Source: Mobula birostris (lineage: Eukaryota). From it: a DNA stretch of 64,000 nucleotides. This document shows, in pieces, positions 12,601 to 27,329 of the stretch. The notes beneath the pieces were generated by a model. It did not search any database. It saw only the letters and a list, made by a program, of their open reading frames with translations, and was not told the origin of the DNA. The stretch is from positions 25,864,630 through 25,928,629 of the forward strand of contig NC_092397.1 in the NCBI RefSeq assembly GCF_030028105.1, written 5' to 3'. The stretch's first letter is position 1. Each line of letters opens with the position of its first letter. The position numbers and the translations under genes are program-made.

Positions 12601-14258
12601 TCACTATCTCTAAAATGCTCTCCCACTGAGAGGACTGACACCTGACCAGGTTCATTTCCCAATACCAAATCAAGTACAGTCTCTCCTCTTGTAGGCTTAT
12701 CTACATATTGTGTCAAGAAACCTTCCTGAACACACCTAACAAACTCCACCCTATCTAAACGCCAATCGATATTTGTGAAATTAAAATCTCCCACCACTAC
12801 GACTCTTATTCTTATCTGTTTCCCTATCTGCTCCTCGATATCCCTGTTACTGTTGGGTGGACTATGAAAAACACACAGTAGAGTAATTGACCCCTTACTG
12901 TTCCTAACCTCCACCCACAGAGACTCCGTAGACAATCCCCCCATGACGTCCACCTTTTCTGCAGCCATGACACTATCTCTGATCAACAGTGCCACGCCCC
13001 CACCCCTTTGGCCTCCCTCCCTGTCCTTTCTGAAACATCTAAAACCTGGCACTTGAAGTAACCATTCCTGTCCCTGAGCCATCCAAGTCTCTGTAATGGC
13101 CACCACACCATAGCTCCAAGTAGTGATACATGCTCTAAGCTCATCTGCTTTGTTCACAATACTCCCTGCGTTAAAATAGACACATCTCAAACCGTTGGTC
13201 TGAGCACGTACCTTCTCTATCACTTGCCTGTCCTCCCTCACACACCGTCTCCAAGCTTTCTCTATTTGTGAGCCAACCGCCTGTTCCCCAGTCTCTTCAG
13301 TTTGGTTCCCACCCCCCAACAGTTCTAGTTTAAACTCTCCCCAATAGCAAACCTCCCCACCAAGATATTGCTCCCCGTGGGATTCAAGTGCAACTCGTCC
13401 TTTTTGTACAGGTCACATCTGCCCCAAAAGAGGTCCCAGTGATCCAGAAATCTGAATCCCTGCCCCCTGCTTTAATCCCTCAGCCACGCATTTATCCTCC
13501 ACCTCAATTCTATTCCTATACTCACTTTCCCGTGGCACAGGCAGTAATCCCGAGATTACTACCTTTGCTCTCTTGCTTCTCAACTTCCTTCCTAACTCCC
13601 TGTAGTCCTTTTTCAGGACCTCCTCCCTTTTCCTACCTATGTCAATGGTAGCAATATGTACCACGACCTCTGGCTGTTCTCCAATCCACTGCAGGATATT
13701 TTGGACGTGATCTGAAACATCCCGGACCCTGGCATCTGGGAGGTAAACTACCATCCGTGTTTCTTTCCTGCATCCACAGAGTGCCGAACTAAAGAGTCCC
13801 CTATCAGTACGGTCTTTCTCTTCCTTTCTCTGCCCTTCTGAGCCACAGGGCCGGACTCTGTGACAGAGGCTCGGCCGCTGTTGCTTCCCCCAGGTAGGCT
13901 GTTCCTCCCCCCCAACCCCCCCCAACAGTACTCAAACAGGAGTACTTATTGTACAGGGGGACAGCCACAGGGGTACTCTCTGGTACCTGACTCTTCCCCT
14001 TCCCTCTCCTGACTGTTAACCACTTGTCTGTCTCCGGTGGTCCCGGTTCGACCACCTGCCTATGACTCCCTTCAATCACCTCCTCGCTCTCCCTGACCAG
14101 ACAAAGGTCAACGAGCTGCAACTCCCGTTCCCTAACGCAATCCCTTGGGAGCCGCAGCTCGACACACCGGGTGCCGATATTCCTGTCCAGGAGGCTGGGA
14201 GACTCCAGAACTTCCCACATCTGACACCGAGTACAGAACACCGGCCTCACACACATGC
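9654..14258 (-). mobile_element. Near full-length CR1 LINE (ORF1 zinc finger and esterase; ORF2 APE and RT), decayed
   Basis: ORF1 CTRCQMWE..LPDARVRDV..QPEVVVHIAT; ORF2 LRCVYFNAGSI..VAITETW..VVGDFNF..SDHN, MDFSKAFDKVPH, SKFADDTK, HLEYCARFWSP; CR1-type tail at about 9654. Confidence 0.95.
11707..12413 (-). mobile_element. Solo LTR inserted in the CR1
   Basis: TGTCA...TGACA termini, 707 bp, flanks acac/acag (4-bp TSD, 1 mismatch); the CR1 resumes on both sides. Strand inferred from AATAAA. Confidence 0.8.
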
Positions 14259-15299
14259 TTCCTTTGTCACATCTTTCTACCGATTTGTTACCATTCTTTA
14301 CCAGCAGAGCCACGCCATCCCCATTGTCTACCTTCCTGTCCCTCTGATACGTGTAACCTTGGGCATTTTGCTCCCAACTACAAACATGCTTCAGCCGTGA
14401 TTCAGTGATGGTCACAACATTAAACATGACAATCCATAACAGGGCAATAAGATTATCCACCTTATTTAGTAGACTCTGGGTATTGAGATATAACAGTTTG
14501 AGTACTGTATTTGCTACCATAATTGTTTCTGCATCCCTCATGCACTGATACTCACCCTGCTGGCTGCATTTATGTCCTATCATCTGCCTGCCCTTCCTGA
14601 CTGCATGCTATCTTTGCTTTTTTACCATCTGTCCCATCTTGCATCCTTTCACGCCTGTTCCCACGCCCCTGCGAAATTAGTTTAAACCCTCCCCAACCGC
14701 TGTAACAAACCAGCAGTATGCCCACAAGAAAACAAATCTCAGGGTTGTATATGGTGACAGAAATGTATTTTGATAATACATTTACTTTCAGCTTTGAACT
14801 TTGTAGTAGAGAGCCGGGTGTTGTACTGGTCTGTGTCCTCACTGGCCGGTGCTGTGCTCTGGCAGCTCAGTGTGCTTGGTATACAGTGTCAGTGTTTCGA
14901 CAGAAGTGTGTCCTTATTACACAATTGATCTTGTCCATCCTGGAGCTTGGAAGATTGACTGGCGACCAGAATGATTTTTTCAGACTATTATTGGGCAGAG
15001 AATCATTCTGTGATCGTCGAGACTATTTGACCCATCAAATTTATACCACCTCCTGCTACAACATTTCCACAATCCCATTCCCCACTCTGTCCCCACAGCA
15101 CTGCAGGTCATTTCCCCTGAAGGACCTGTCTAATTCCTCTTTGAACACTGGTTGTTCCTGCCACCACTCTGCTGAGTCCCATATTTCCCAAGGTGAAGTC
15201 AAGAATATCTCCCTCCCTGGTGGACCACATATTGTTTCAGGAAACCTTAATGCCCCATCCAAGCCTCAGGGTGTAAGGGAATCCCAGTTACTCTGAGGA

Positions 15300-18200
15300 G
15301 ATTATTCACTCTCCAAATCTACTCTGTTGTTTTTGCATCATCCCATAACCTGCTAACATATCTGCTTCTGTCTCTTACTGGCGATTGGGAGGCCGACAGT
15401 ATAATCCCATCATGGTGATTGCACCTTTCTTATTCCTGATTTCTACCCACATTGTCTTACTGGATGAGCCTCTGGGTTGACCTTGACCTTGTGGCATTCT
15501 GCATGATCGGTGTGTGTACTGGGCCAATGGCACCAACACGGGTGATGCCATCCGACTCAATAAACTGATTGGAAAGGCTGGCTCTTATAGGAGTCAAACT
15601 GGACACACTGGAGGCTGTGGTAGCAGAAAGGACCCTACGGAAAATCCTGGCAATTCTGGACAATGTTTCTCACCCTCTGCATGCCACCTTGGCTGAACAG
15701 AGGAGCACCTTCAGTAACAGACTAAGACAACTCTGCTGCTCCAAGGAGCGCTGTATGAAGTCATTCTTACACTGAGCCGTCAGGATCAATAATGAGTCAA
15801 CCTATAGCAGGGGAAGTGATGACCCCCCCGCCCCCACGTTAGACTGTTGGAGGTAACTTACTTTACTTTTTATTCTTTCTCTTGCTTCTCTTCTGATATT
15901 TGTATATCTGTGTGCTTGTAATGCTACTGAGACACTGTAATTTATCCATTTGGACTTCCTTCCTGTGTTAATCCACATCCACCAATGCCAGTTACTGACC
16001 TCTTACTCTTCCCATCACCTGTCCTGAAGGAGAGCCCAATGACCCATGTAACTAAAACCCTCCGTCCTGCACCAGCTCATGAGCCACACATATAACGGTA
16101 CCACCTTTGTATTTCTTCCCTCGCTAGCACGTGACACCGGCATCACTTCCACCCACCACCCCCGACCACAGAGTTTCTACTGAACTTTTTCCCCAACTCC
16201 CTAAGTTCTCTTTGCAGGACTTTGTCTCTTTTGTTAGTGCCAATATGCACCACCACCTCTGGCTGCTCACCCTGCCCTTTCAGAATGGCCTGTACTTGTT
16301 CAGTTCCATCCTCGACCCTGGTACCAGGGAGGTAATGCACCATCGTGCAGTCTCTCTCCTTGCCACAGATACACCTGTCTGTGACCCCGGCTAAAGACTC
16401 CCCTGTCACTGAGGCTCACCGAGAACACAGAACAGTACAGCACAGGAACAGACCCTTCTTCCCATGATGTCTGTGCTGAACATGATGTCAAATGAAACTA
16501 AACCTCTTCTGCCTGCTTATAATTCATGTGCTTCAAATCTCTGAATATTCATGGGCTTATCTAAAACCCTGTTAAATGTCATTATCATATCTGCTAACAG
16601 GACTCCCCATGGCAGCCCATACCCGGCCCTCACCACTCTCTGTACGGACTTAGAAATCTTACCCGCCCTAACGTCTACCTTTAAATTCCCACCCTGACAT
16701 TTTAAAGCTACGCCTTCTCATATTTGATATTTCTACCCTGGCAAAATGACTCTGCCTGTTTACCTTGTCTACACATCTCATAGTTTTATCATCTTCTGTC
16801 AGGTCTACCCTCAGTCTTCTTCACTCCAGGGAAAACAGCCCTAGTTGGTCTGATCTTTCCTTGTAACTCAAGCCCCCAGTCCAGGTAACATTCCTGTGAA
16901 TCGTTTCTGCACCTTTTCAGCTTAATCACATCCTTCCTCTCATGTGACCAGAACTGCACAGGGTACTCCTGCTGTGGTCTCATTATTGATTTGTACAACT
17001 GTAATGTGATGTCCCAACTCCTCTCAGAGCCTTTGCCAATGAAGACAAGCATGTCGTGCTCCTTTTTCACCCCCTTGTCTGTCTGTGTTGGCACTTTCAG
17101 GGAATTACTTACCTGTGCCCCAGGTTTCTCTTTCATCAACATTCCTCAGGACCTTCTATTCACTGGGTATGTCCTGACCTGCTTTAACTTCCCAAAATCC
17201 ATTATTGTGCACTTGTCTGTCACGGTAACAACACTTCTCTGTTTCTCTGCACCAATACCCCAGCAGTGAATGTCAATGGACCATTGAGCTCTGAACCTTG
17301 GTCATATATGGTTTTATGAACCACTCACTGCTCCCGTCTCTATTTTGTTGTGTAGTTCAGCACCTTGACCCCTCTCTATTTCTCTCATTTACAATTTATC
17401 TCCACATAAATAGTAGTTTGACTTTTGATTCCTCCTACCACTCTACACGCCATCACACTTCACCACATTAAACTCCATTTACCAAGTATTCTACTCACCA
17501 GCTGCTTCTTATCCTGTTGGAGAGACCAAATGTCCAATCACAGCATGTCCCCCACCACATTCCCTGTCATTGCCACCGTGGATTCCTCACTCTCTGCCGC
17601 TCCTCCGGGTCATTAATATCAATAATAAATCATTGTCGATCCAGAACTGGTCGCTGGGACACTCCACTAGTTATATCATCCCAGTCTGAAACAGACCTGT
17701 TATTCTGTCTCAGTATGGTAACCAGTCTTCAGTCAGTATTAACACACTTCCTTCCCAGTACTGAGCTCTGGTCTTGTGCACCAGCCTTACATGTGGCACC
17801 TTGGCAAATGGCTCCCGAAAATCCAAAAACACCGCTTCTCCAACTTCCCCTGTAAAGTCTTAAATCTCTGGTGTGTTTGTCAAACATGACTTAACATTCA
17901 ACACCCCAGGTTACAGGGTCCAAGACCAGGTTCCAGATGGACAGGGTGGTGAAGAGGCTTTTGGAACACTGGCCTTCAGTCAGGGCATCGAATATAGAAG
18001 CTGGGATGAGATGTTGCAGTTGTACAACACATTGGTTTAGCCGCTTTTCGCAAATAGTGTTTAGTTTCTGTGACCCTGCTGTATGACAGACACCATTAAG
18101 CTGGAAAGAGTGCAGAGGAGATTTACGGGGATGTTACTGGATCTCAAAGGATTTGTGGAAAGGTGTTTCAGATAATTTTCCCTGGAATGTTGGAGAATGA

Positions 18201-18900
18201 GTGCTGATATTGCAGAGGTGTATAAGAACATGAGGGACCTGGAGGCTGGTCAGTAAATGGAATGAGCTGCTAGGGGGAGTGGTTGAGTCAGGTACATTAA
18301 AAAGGCACTTGGACAGGTACATGGAAAGGAAAGGTTTTGAGTACATGGGCCAAATGCAGAGAAATGGGACAAGGAGGAGGATAACCTTGTTCATAATATG
18401 GTGGTGAGGGGGTTACAGACCACAAGCTCAGATGGGAGCTTTGGTCATCGTGGAATCTGTGTGAATCTGACTGTAGACCCTGTTGACATGAAACTTTTCC
18501 AAATGATTTGTTATTTCTTCATTGATTATAGACTCCAGTACCTGAAGTGAAGTTAACAGGACTACAGTTACTTGCATTTTATCTTCCGTCCTTCTTCAAC
18601 AATGGTTTTCAACTCCACTGGGACCTTTCTGTAACAGTGAGTTTTGACAAACTTCACTTTCTCTACTTTCTCTCCAGACTTCCTGTGAAAGCATCCAGTG
18701 CAGGTCGTTGGGACCTGGTAAAGTTTGCTTTTAGTCCCATTAGTTTCTCCCTTGTGATGGCGATCGTTACACATTATTGCACAATGTTGAAATGTCACCG
18801 TTAGATATCTGTGGGATGTTTGCTGTGCCCCACTGTGAACACTAATGCAAGTTATTGAGTTAACTTCTTTGCTTGTTTCTTGTTACTTTTAGCTTTTATC
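15300..18900. mobile_element. Old CR1 fragments (both strands) and a Rex1-type 3' fragment (about 15500-15940, +)
   Basis: EQPEVVVHIGTN (ORF1), WVEIRNKKGAIT..YCRPPN, EYPVQFWS; LAILDNVSHPLH. Confidence 0.75.
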
Positions 18901-19101
18901 TCATCATTGGTTCCTAAAAAATTCCTGATGCTCTTGTCTACCACCAGCCCTTGCCTCTGCATGTTCTTTGATTTAATATTTCCTAGAAAGCCTTTGACCA
19001 CACCTCAGGATCTTGAGGCCACTCCTCCCCTTCTCTTCTTTCCCTCCCTCTCTCACCATCATTTTCCCTACATACAAAGTTCTTATGAAAAGTATTCACA
19101 C

Positions 19102-21176
19102 CAGTTGTTCATTCCAGTTTGGCAGAAGAATAAACCAGGGAAGGTAGTGCATCCGTGGCTGACAAGGGAAATTAGGGATAGTATCAATTCCAAAGAAGAA
19201 ACATACAAATTAGCCAGAAAAAGCGGCACACCTGAGGACTGGGAGAAATTCAGAGTCCAGCAGAGGAGGACAAAGGGCTTAATTAGGAAAGGGAGAAAAG
19301 ATTATGAGAGAAAGCTGGCAGGGAACATAAAAAGTGACTGTAAAACCTTTTATAGATATGTGAAAAGAAAAAGATTGGTTAGGACAAATGTAGGTCCCTT
19401 ACAGTCAGAAACAGGTGAATTGATCATGGGGAACAAGGACATGGCAGACCAATTGAATAACTACTTTGCTTCTGTCTTCACTAAGGTGGACATAAATAAT
19501 ATTCCGGAAATAGTAGGGGACCGAGGGTCTAGTGAGATGGAGCAACTGAGGGAAATACATGTTAGTAGGGGAGTGGTGTTAGGTAAATTGAAGAGATTGA
19601 AAGCAGATAAATCCCCAGGGCCAGATGGCCTGCATCCCAGGGTGCTTAAGGAAGTAGCCCAAGAAATGGTGGGTGCCTCAGTGATAATTTTTCAAAACTC
19701 TTTAGATTCTGGATAAATTCCTGAGGATTGGAGGGTGGCTAATGTAACCCCACTTTTTTAAAAAAGGAGGGAGAGAGAAACCGGGGAATTATAGACCGGT
19801 AAACCTGACATCGGTGGTGGGGAAAATGCTAGAGTCAGTTATCAAAGATGTGATAACAGCACATTTGGAAAGCGGTGAAATCATCGGATGAAGTCAGCAT
19901 GGATTTGTGAAAAGATAATCATGTCTGACGAATCTCAGAATTTTTTGAGGATGTAACTAGTAGAGTGGATAGGGGAGAACCAGTGGATGTGGTATATTTG
20001 GATTTTGAAAAGGCTTTTGACAAGGTCCCACACAGGAAACTTAAAGCACACGGTATTGGGAGTATGGCATTGATGTGGATAGAGAATTGGCTGGCAGACA
20101 GGAAGCCAAGAGTGGGAATAAACGGGACCTTTTCAGAATGGCAGGCAGTGACTAGTGGGGTACCGCAAGGCTCAGTGCTGGGACCCCAGTTGTTTACAAT
20201 ATATATTAATGACTTAGACGAGGGAATAAAATTCAGCATCTCCAAGTTTGCGGATGACACGAAGCTGGGCGGCAGTGTTAGCTGTGAGGAGGATGCTAAG
20301 GGGATGCAGGGTGACTTGGACAGGCTGGGTGAGTGGGCAAATTCATGGCAGATGCAATTTAATGTGGATTAATGTGAGGTTATCCACTTTGGTGGTAAGA
20401 ACAGGAAAACAGATTATTATCTGAATGGTGGCCGATTAAGAAAAGGGGAGATGCAACGAGACCTGGGTGTCATTATACACCAGTCATTGAAAGTGGGCAT
20501 GCAGGTACAGCAGGTGGTGAAAAAGTCGAATGGTATGCTGGCATTGATAGCAAGAGGATTCGAGTACAGGAGCAGGGAGGTACTACTGCAGTTGTACAAG
20601 GCCTTGGTGAGACCACACCTGGAGTATTGTGTGCAGTTTTGGTCCCCTAATCTGAGGAAAGATATTCTTGCCATAGAGGGAATACAAAGAAGGTTCACCA
20701 GATTGATTCCTGGGATGGCAGGACTTTCATGTGATGAAAGACTGGATCAGCTAGGCTTATACTCTCTGGAATTTAGAAGGTTGATGGGGGATCTGATTGA
20801 AACGTATAAAATTCTAAAAGGATTGGACAGGCTAGATGCAGGAAGATTGTACCCGATGTTGGGGAAGTCCAGAACGAGGGGTCACAGTTTGACGATAAAG
20901 GGAGGCCTTTTAGGACTGAGATGAGGAAAAACTTCTTCATGCAGAGAGTGGTGAATCTGTGGAATTCTCTGCCACAGGAAACAGTTGAGGCCAGTTCATT
21001 GGCTATATTTAAGAGGGAGTTAGATATGGCCCTTGTGGCTAAAGGGATCAGGGGGTATGGAGAGAAGGCAGGTACAGGGTTCTGAGTTGGATGATCAGCC
21101 ATGATCGTACTGAATGGCAGTGCAGGCTTGAGGGGCCGAATGGCCTACTGCACCTATTTTCTGTGTTTCTATGTTT
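19102..21176 (+). mobile_element. Young 5'-truncated CR1 LINE, left arm only
   Basis: KSPGPDGLHPRVLKE, YLDFEKAFDKVPH, GVPQGSVLGP, KFADDTK, RPHLEYCVQFWSP; tail tttctgtgtttctatgttt; absent near 59280. Confidence 0.95.
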
Positions 21177-21288
21177 ACCCCTTAGAAGTAGATTGAATTT
21201 GGCTTTTTTTTTTGAAACTAATCAATGGGAAAAAACTCTTTTGTGTCAAAGTGAAAACAAATCTCTACAAAATGCTCTCAATTAATTA

Positions 21289-23504
21289 TACTTATACTTT
21301 ATACTTCATTGTCGCCAAACAATTGATACTAGAACGTAAAATCATCACGGCGATATTTGATTCTGCGCTTCCCACTCCCTGGATTACTAGCATTAAATAT
21401 TAAAAAATTAAATTATAAATCATAAATAGAAAATAGAAAAATGGAATGTAAGGAAGTGCAAAAAAGACGAGGGGCAGGTCCGGATATTTGGAGGGTACGG
21501 CCCAGGTCCGGGTCAGGATCCGTTCAGCAGTCTTATCACAGTTGGAAAGAAGCTGTTCCCAAATCTGGCCGTACGAGTCTTCAAGCTCCTGAGCCTTCTC
21601 CCGGAGGGAAGAGGGGCAAAAAGTGTGTTGGCTGGGTGGGTCGTGTCCTTGATTATCCTGGCAGCACTGCTCCGACAGTGTGCGGTGTAAAGTGAGTCCA
21701 CAGACAGAAGATTGGTTTGTGTGATGTACTCTCCCGTGTTCACGATCTTCTGCAGCTTCTTTCGGTCTTGGACAGGACAACTTCCATGCTGGGTTGTGAT
21801 GCACCCTAGAAGAATGCTTTCTACGGTGCATCTATAGAAATTAGTGAGGGTTTTAGGGGACAGGCCAAACTTCTTTAGTTTTTTCAGGAAGTAAATGCGC
21901 TGCTGGGCCGCCTTGGCAGTGAACTCTGCTTGGTTGGACCAAATCTGGTCATTTGTGATATTGACCCCGAGGAACTTAAAGCTTTAACCCTGTTCCACTT
22001 GCGCACCACCGACGTAAATTGGGTTGTGCTGTCTGCTACTCCTTCTGAAGTCAGCAGCCAATTCCTTCGTCTTGCTGACGTTGAGGGATAGGTTATTGTC
22101 TTCGCACCATGCCACCAGATTCTTAATTTCCTCTCTGTACTCAAACTCATTATTACCCAAGATACAGCCGACAATTGTTGTGTCATCAGCAAACTTATAT
22201 ATTGAGTTTGATGGAAACTTGGCTACACAATTATGGGGGTACAGTGGGTACAGCAGGGGGCTGAGTACACAGCCTTGTGGGGCACTGGTGCTCAGAGTGA
22301 TTGTTGAGGAGAGCTTGTCCCCTATTTTTACAGCCTGGGTCCTGTCTGTGACGAAGTTGAAGATCCAGCTGCAGAACTGAGTGCTAAGGCCCAGGTTCCA
22401 GAGCTTAGGAATCAGTTTATTTGGAATGATGGTATTAAAGGCAGAGCTGTAGTCAATGAAAAGGAGCCTTACGTATGTGTCTTTATTCTCCAGGTGTTCT
22501 AAGGAGGAATGTAGGGCCAGAGAGATGGCATCTGCCATTGACCTGTTGCTCCGGTAGGTGAATTGCAAAGCGTCGAGGTTGACCTGTAGGCTGTGGTTGA
22601 TGTGTGTCATAACCAATCGCTTGAAGCACTTCATAGCAATTGATGTCAGAGCCACAGGTCGGTAGTCATTCAGGCATTCCACCTTGCTCTTCTTCGGCAC
22701 TGGAATTATCGTTGCATTCCTAAAACATGAGGGGATCTCAGACTGAAGCAAGGAGCAGTTGAAGATGTCAGCAAACACTCCAGCTAGCTCACTTGCACAG
22801 GCCCGGAGAACCCGTCCCGGGACGCCATCTGGGCCCGTTGCCTTCCTTGGATTTATCTTCAGGAAGGCCCTTCTAACGTCCTCCTCGGTGACGATGAATC
22901 TCGATGCCACCAGGTCCGGTACATCCTCTTCTGTTCGAATCTTGCGTAGAATACGTTAAGTTCGTCAGGAAGAGAAGTGCCACAGTTATTGATATTCCCA
23001 GCCTTTTCTTTGCGCCCAGTGATCTCATTTTACCCTGCCATAGTCTACTGGCATCCCTCTGGTCGCCTGGGCTTCCAACTTGGCTCGATATTGCCTCTTG
23101 GCGCCCTTAATGGCTTTCCGGAGTTCACGTCTGGATTCCGTGTAGTGACTGGTATCCCTGGACCTAAAAGCTGCAGCTCTAGCCTTTAAAAGAGACTTGA
23201 CCTTATAATTCATCCAAGGTTTCCGGTTAGGGAATACCTGGATCGTCTTGCGAGACACACAGTCCTCCGTGCATTTCCAAATAAAGTCCGTGACAGCTGA
23301 GGCATACTCATCGAGGTTAGCTGTCGAGTCCTTGAATACTAACCAGTCCACCAATTCAAAGCAGTCACGGAGGACTTCATCCGTTTCCCCCGTCCAATGC
23401 GACACTACATTTGACACCGTGACCTCCTGCTTCAGTTTCTGTTTGTAAGCCGGGAGGAGGAGTACGGCCTGATGGTCCGATTTTCTGAAGTGAGGTCGTG
23501 GGAC
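21289..23504 (-). mobile_element. Young 5'-truncated Rex1/Babar-like LINE with 7-bp TSD, left arm only
   Basis: 308-aa RT ORF at 21984-22910 ([25 protein letters not shown]); TTAATTA at 21282-21288 and 23505-23511; empty site in the right arm near 59175. Confidence 0.95.
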
Positions 23505-25189
23505 TTAATTACGAATCTAAAACACAAAATAATTGTCTGCATAAGTATTCACCTCCTTTAATATGACACACCAAATCATCAGTGGTGCAGCCAATTAGTT
23601 TTCGAAGTTACATGATCAGTTAAATGGAGATGACCGTGTGCAGTCAAGGTGTTTCAATTGATTGTAGTAATAGTACACCTGTAAGTGGAAGGTCGAACTG
23701 CTGGTGAGTCAGTATCCTGGGGAAACTACACCGTGAAGACAAATCAACACTCCGAGCTGCTCTGCAAACAGGTAATTGACAAACACAAGCCAGGAGATGG
23801 ATACAAGAACATTTCCAAGTCACTGAATGCCCTTGGAGTACAGTTAAGTCACTCATCCAGAAGTGGGAAGAATATGGCACAGCTGTAGATCTGCCAAGAG
23901 CAGGCTGTCCTCAAAAACTGAGTGGCCATGCAAGAAGGGGCCAGTGGGGGAGGCCACCAAGAGACCTATGATAACTCTAGAGGAGTTACAAGCTTCAGTG
24001 GTGGGAGAGATTGTGCGTACATCAACTGTTGCCCGGGTGTTTCACCAGTCGCAGCTTTATGGGAGCGTGGCAGAGAAAAAGCCACTGTTGAAAAATGCTC
24101 TCATGAAATCTTGCCTGAAGTTTCCCAGAATTGTGGGGGACCCTGAAGTTAGTTGGACGAAGATTCTATGGTCTGATGAAAACAAAATTGAACTTCTTGA
24201 CCATCACAAACACTAAGTTTGGAGTAAGCCAAACACTGCACAACATCAAAAACACACCATCCCTACCGTGAAGTGTGGTGGAGGCTGCATCATCCTGTGG
24301 GTATGCTTTACTGCAGCAGGCCCTGAAAGGCACGTAAAGGTAGAGGGTAAAATGAATGCAGCAAAATACAGGGAAATCCTGGAGGAAAACCAAATTCAGT
24401 CTTCAAATGAACTGCGACTTAGGAGAAAATTAATTTTCCACCAAGACAATGACTGCAAGCATAAAACCAAAGCTGCACAGGAGTGCCTTAAAACAACAAA
24501 GTTAATGTCCTGGAGTGGCTTTGTGAGAGTCCTGACCTCAATCCAATTGAGAATTTGTGGCTGGACTTGAAAAGATCTGTTCACTCACCAACCCATGCAT
24601 TCTGACAGAGCTTCAGCAGTTTTGTAAAGAAGAATGGGGAAAATTGCAGTGTTCAGATGTGCAAAGCTGATAGACACCTATCCACACAGACTGAACTGTA
24701 AATACTGTTAAAGGTGCATCAACTAATTACTGATTTGAAGGAGGTGAATACTAAGGCAATGAATTATTTTGTGTTTTATATTTACAATTAATTTAGATCA
24801 CTTTGTGGAGATCTGCTTTCACTTTGACACCGTGGAGTCTTTTCTGTTGATCAGTGTCAAAAAAGCCAAATTAAATCCATTGCAAAACAATAAAACATAA
24901 AAACTTCTAAGGAGATTGAACATTTTTTATAGGCACTGTATCCACTCCTTCACCAGCAGGTTATGAACAAATCCACCCTGCTCATTTCCATTTTGCCGAT
25001 TCAGTGTGGAACATTGAATACAGTGGAATATCAAATTCCCAGTCTCTGTAACCATGTCCCTGCAGCAGCTGTTAGATCAAACATATTCATTAGTACACAA
25101 TATGGAACAGATGGCAACCTGCCCTTCGGCCCACAATATCTGCGCCAATCATAATAATGATCAGAATTTATAAAGTACTGGGGAGGTCT

Positions 25190-27220
25190 GACTGGAGTAT
25201 TGTGAGCAGTTTTGGGCCATTGATCTTAGGAAGGATGAGCTGAAATCGGATGGGCTTCAAACGAAGTTCTCCAGATTGCTTCCAGGATTGAATGGCTTGT
25301 CATATGAAGAGTGTTTGATGGCTCTGGGCCTGTATTCACTGGAATTTCTGAACAATGAGGGGTGGCCCAATTGAAACATATTGAATGGTGAAAGGCAGTG
25401 ATAAAGTGGATGTGCAGAAGATGGGAGTGTCTAATATCAGGACACAGCCTCGGAATAGAGGAGCATCCTTGTAGAATGTGGAGATGAGGAATTTCTTTAG
25501 CCAGAGAGTGTGGAATTTATTGCCACAGGGAGCTGTCAAGCCAGGACTTTATGTATATTTAAGGTGGAGGTTGATAGATTCTTGATTGGTCAGAGTATGA
25601 AGGGATACAGGGGAAAGGCAGGAGACTGGGGCTGAGAGGAAAAATGGATCAGCCACAATGAAATGTCGGAGCAGACTCGATGGGCCAAATGGTCGAATTC
25701 TGCTCCTATATCTCAGTCTGTGTCACTTCCTCAGAAACCGTAATCAATTTTATCAAGCGTGATCTGCCCACACAAAACCACGCTGATTGTCCCGAAGCAG
25801 GCTATGCCTTTCCAAATGAGCATAAATCCTGTATCTCAATATCCTCCCCAGTAGCTTCTCTACCACAGAAATGAGGCTGCCTTGCCTATAGATTCCTGGA
25901 TTCTTGTTATTTCCCTTCTTGATCAAAGCTGCAACACTTGCAACACTCCAGTCCTGTGGGACCTCACATGTTGTGATCGAGGACACATAGATCCTTGTCA
26001 AATCCCCAGCAATCTGCTCACTTGTTTCCTTCACTGTTGTAGGATATTTGCCTTCAGGCCCTGGAGTCTTATCCATCTTATTGCTTTTCAGACGTCCCAG
26101 CACAACCTCCCCCTTAATATCAACACATCTCTGCATATTAGCATGTCTCACTCTGTTTTCGTTGCCATTCAATTCCTTCACCTCGGTAAGTACTGACACA
26201 ACGTACTCATTTAGTACCTCAGCCACTTGATCTGACTTCAACCACATCATTCCTCCTTTAATCTTGAGTCGACCTTTCCATTCTCTGGTTATCCTCGTTT
26301 TATTAATACAAATCACAAGGCCTTGGGATTATCTTTGGTCCCACTCCACAAGGACTTGTTGTGGCCCCGATTTGGCCTTTCCTGGCTTTAGCATTTCCCC
26401 GCTATCTTTATATTCCAAAGGTACCCAGTCTGATTTTAGCTTCATAAACCTTCCATATCCTTTTGACTAAATTTAGGATCTCTCTGCTCATCCAAAGTTC
26501 CTTTACCTTACCATCCTTCTCCTCACTCCTCAGCAGAATATGATGATCCTCAACTCAGAGTTGCTGGTCTTTAAACAACTCCCACATGTCAGATATGGAC
26601 TTGTCTGACAGTGGCTGCTCCCAATCAATGCCCCTTGGCTCCTGTCTTCCTCTGTCCTGACTTGTCCTCCTGCAAATCAGTACCTTCATACAAGATCTAA
26701 TTTTATTCTTACTCATAAGTAAAGAAAAGTTGTGATCACTGTTCCCAAAGTGTTCACTGACTCTTGGCTGTCAGCTAGCCTGGCCCGTTTCTCAAAACTA
26801 ATTCCCGTAAGTTCTCAACTCTGGTTGGGCCCTGTACATAATGTTTCAAACACTCCTTGAATTTCCTGAACAAATCTTGCGCATCTAAGTATTGAGCAAG
26901 ATCCAGTCAATTCTAGGGAAGATGAAGTCCCTCACTATGACAACCCTGTTGTTCTGCACCTCTCCATAAGCATCAACATATCTGATCCTCCACCTCCTGG
27001 TGGTTATTGGGGGCCAATACGATAATCCCATTAGTTTAACTGCAGATTGCCTCTGTAAATGAGCCTTCCAGTTTGCTGTGACATTCCCAGTGGGGTAACC
27101 TCTGCATCTTTTAACCCCCCACTCACATGTAAAACAATGAAACCCAGGAATGTTGAGCTGCCAGCCCTGTCCGTCCGATAACATAGTACTCCTAATGTTG
27201 AAATAAACTCGTTTCAGCCC
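25190..27220. mobile_element. Old CR1 fragments (3' piece on +, ORF2 piece on -) abutting the H4 promoter
   Basis: KTPGPEG..EVPQDW..NPGIYRQGSLISVV; mirrored at about 55630-57600. Confidence 0.8.
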
Positions 27221-27329
27221 ATCAATCCCACCATGTTTATTAGCTTGACATTGGCTCTCGTTCTTTTCAGACTCTGTGTGAGGGAGTTTTGTTTTTCGCT
27301 GGAGCGCTTTGTGTCGGATGAATCGTTGG

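Larger units (their letters stand above)
19075..24938 (+). mobile_element. Tc1/mariner transposon (decayed transposase about 23730-24740), left TIR interrupted by two LINEs
   Basis: EATKRPMITLEELQ..ILWSDENKIEL..KCGGGCIILWVCF..FHQDND; long TIRs ending cactg|TA at 24938-24940. Confidence 0.9.

Noticed and set aside
14718-15296. 192-aa ORF open in both arms (also 63060-63638)
   Set aside because: It starts inside a LINE 3' tail, has no domain, and differs by several amino acids between copies. Shared openness is explained by recent duplication.
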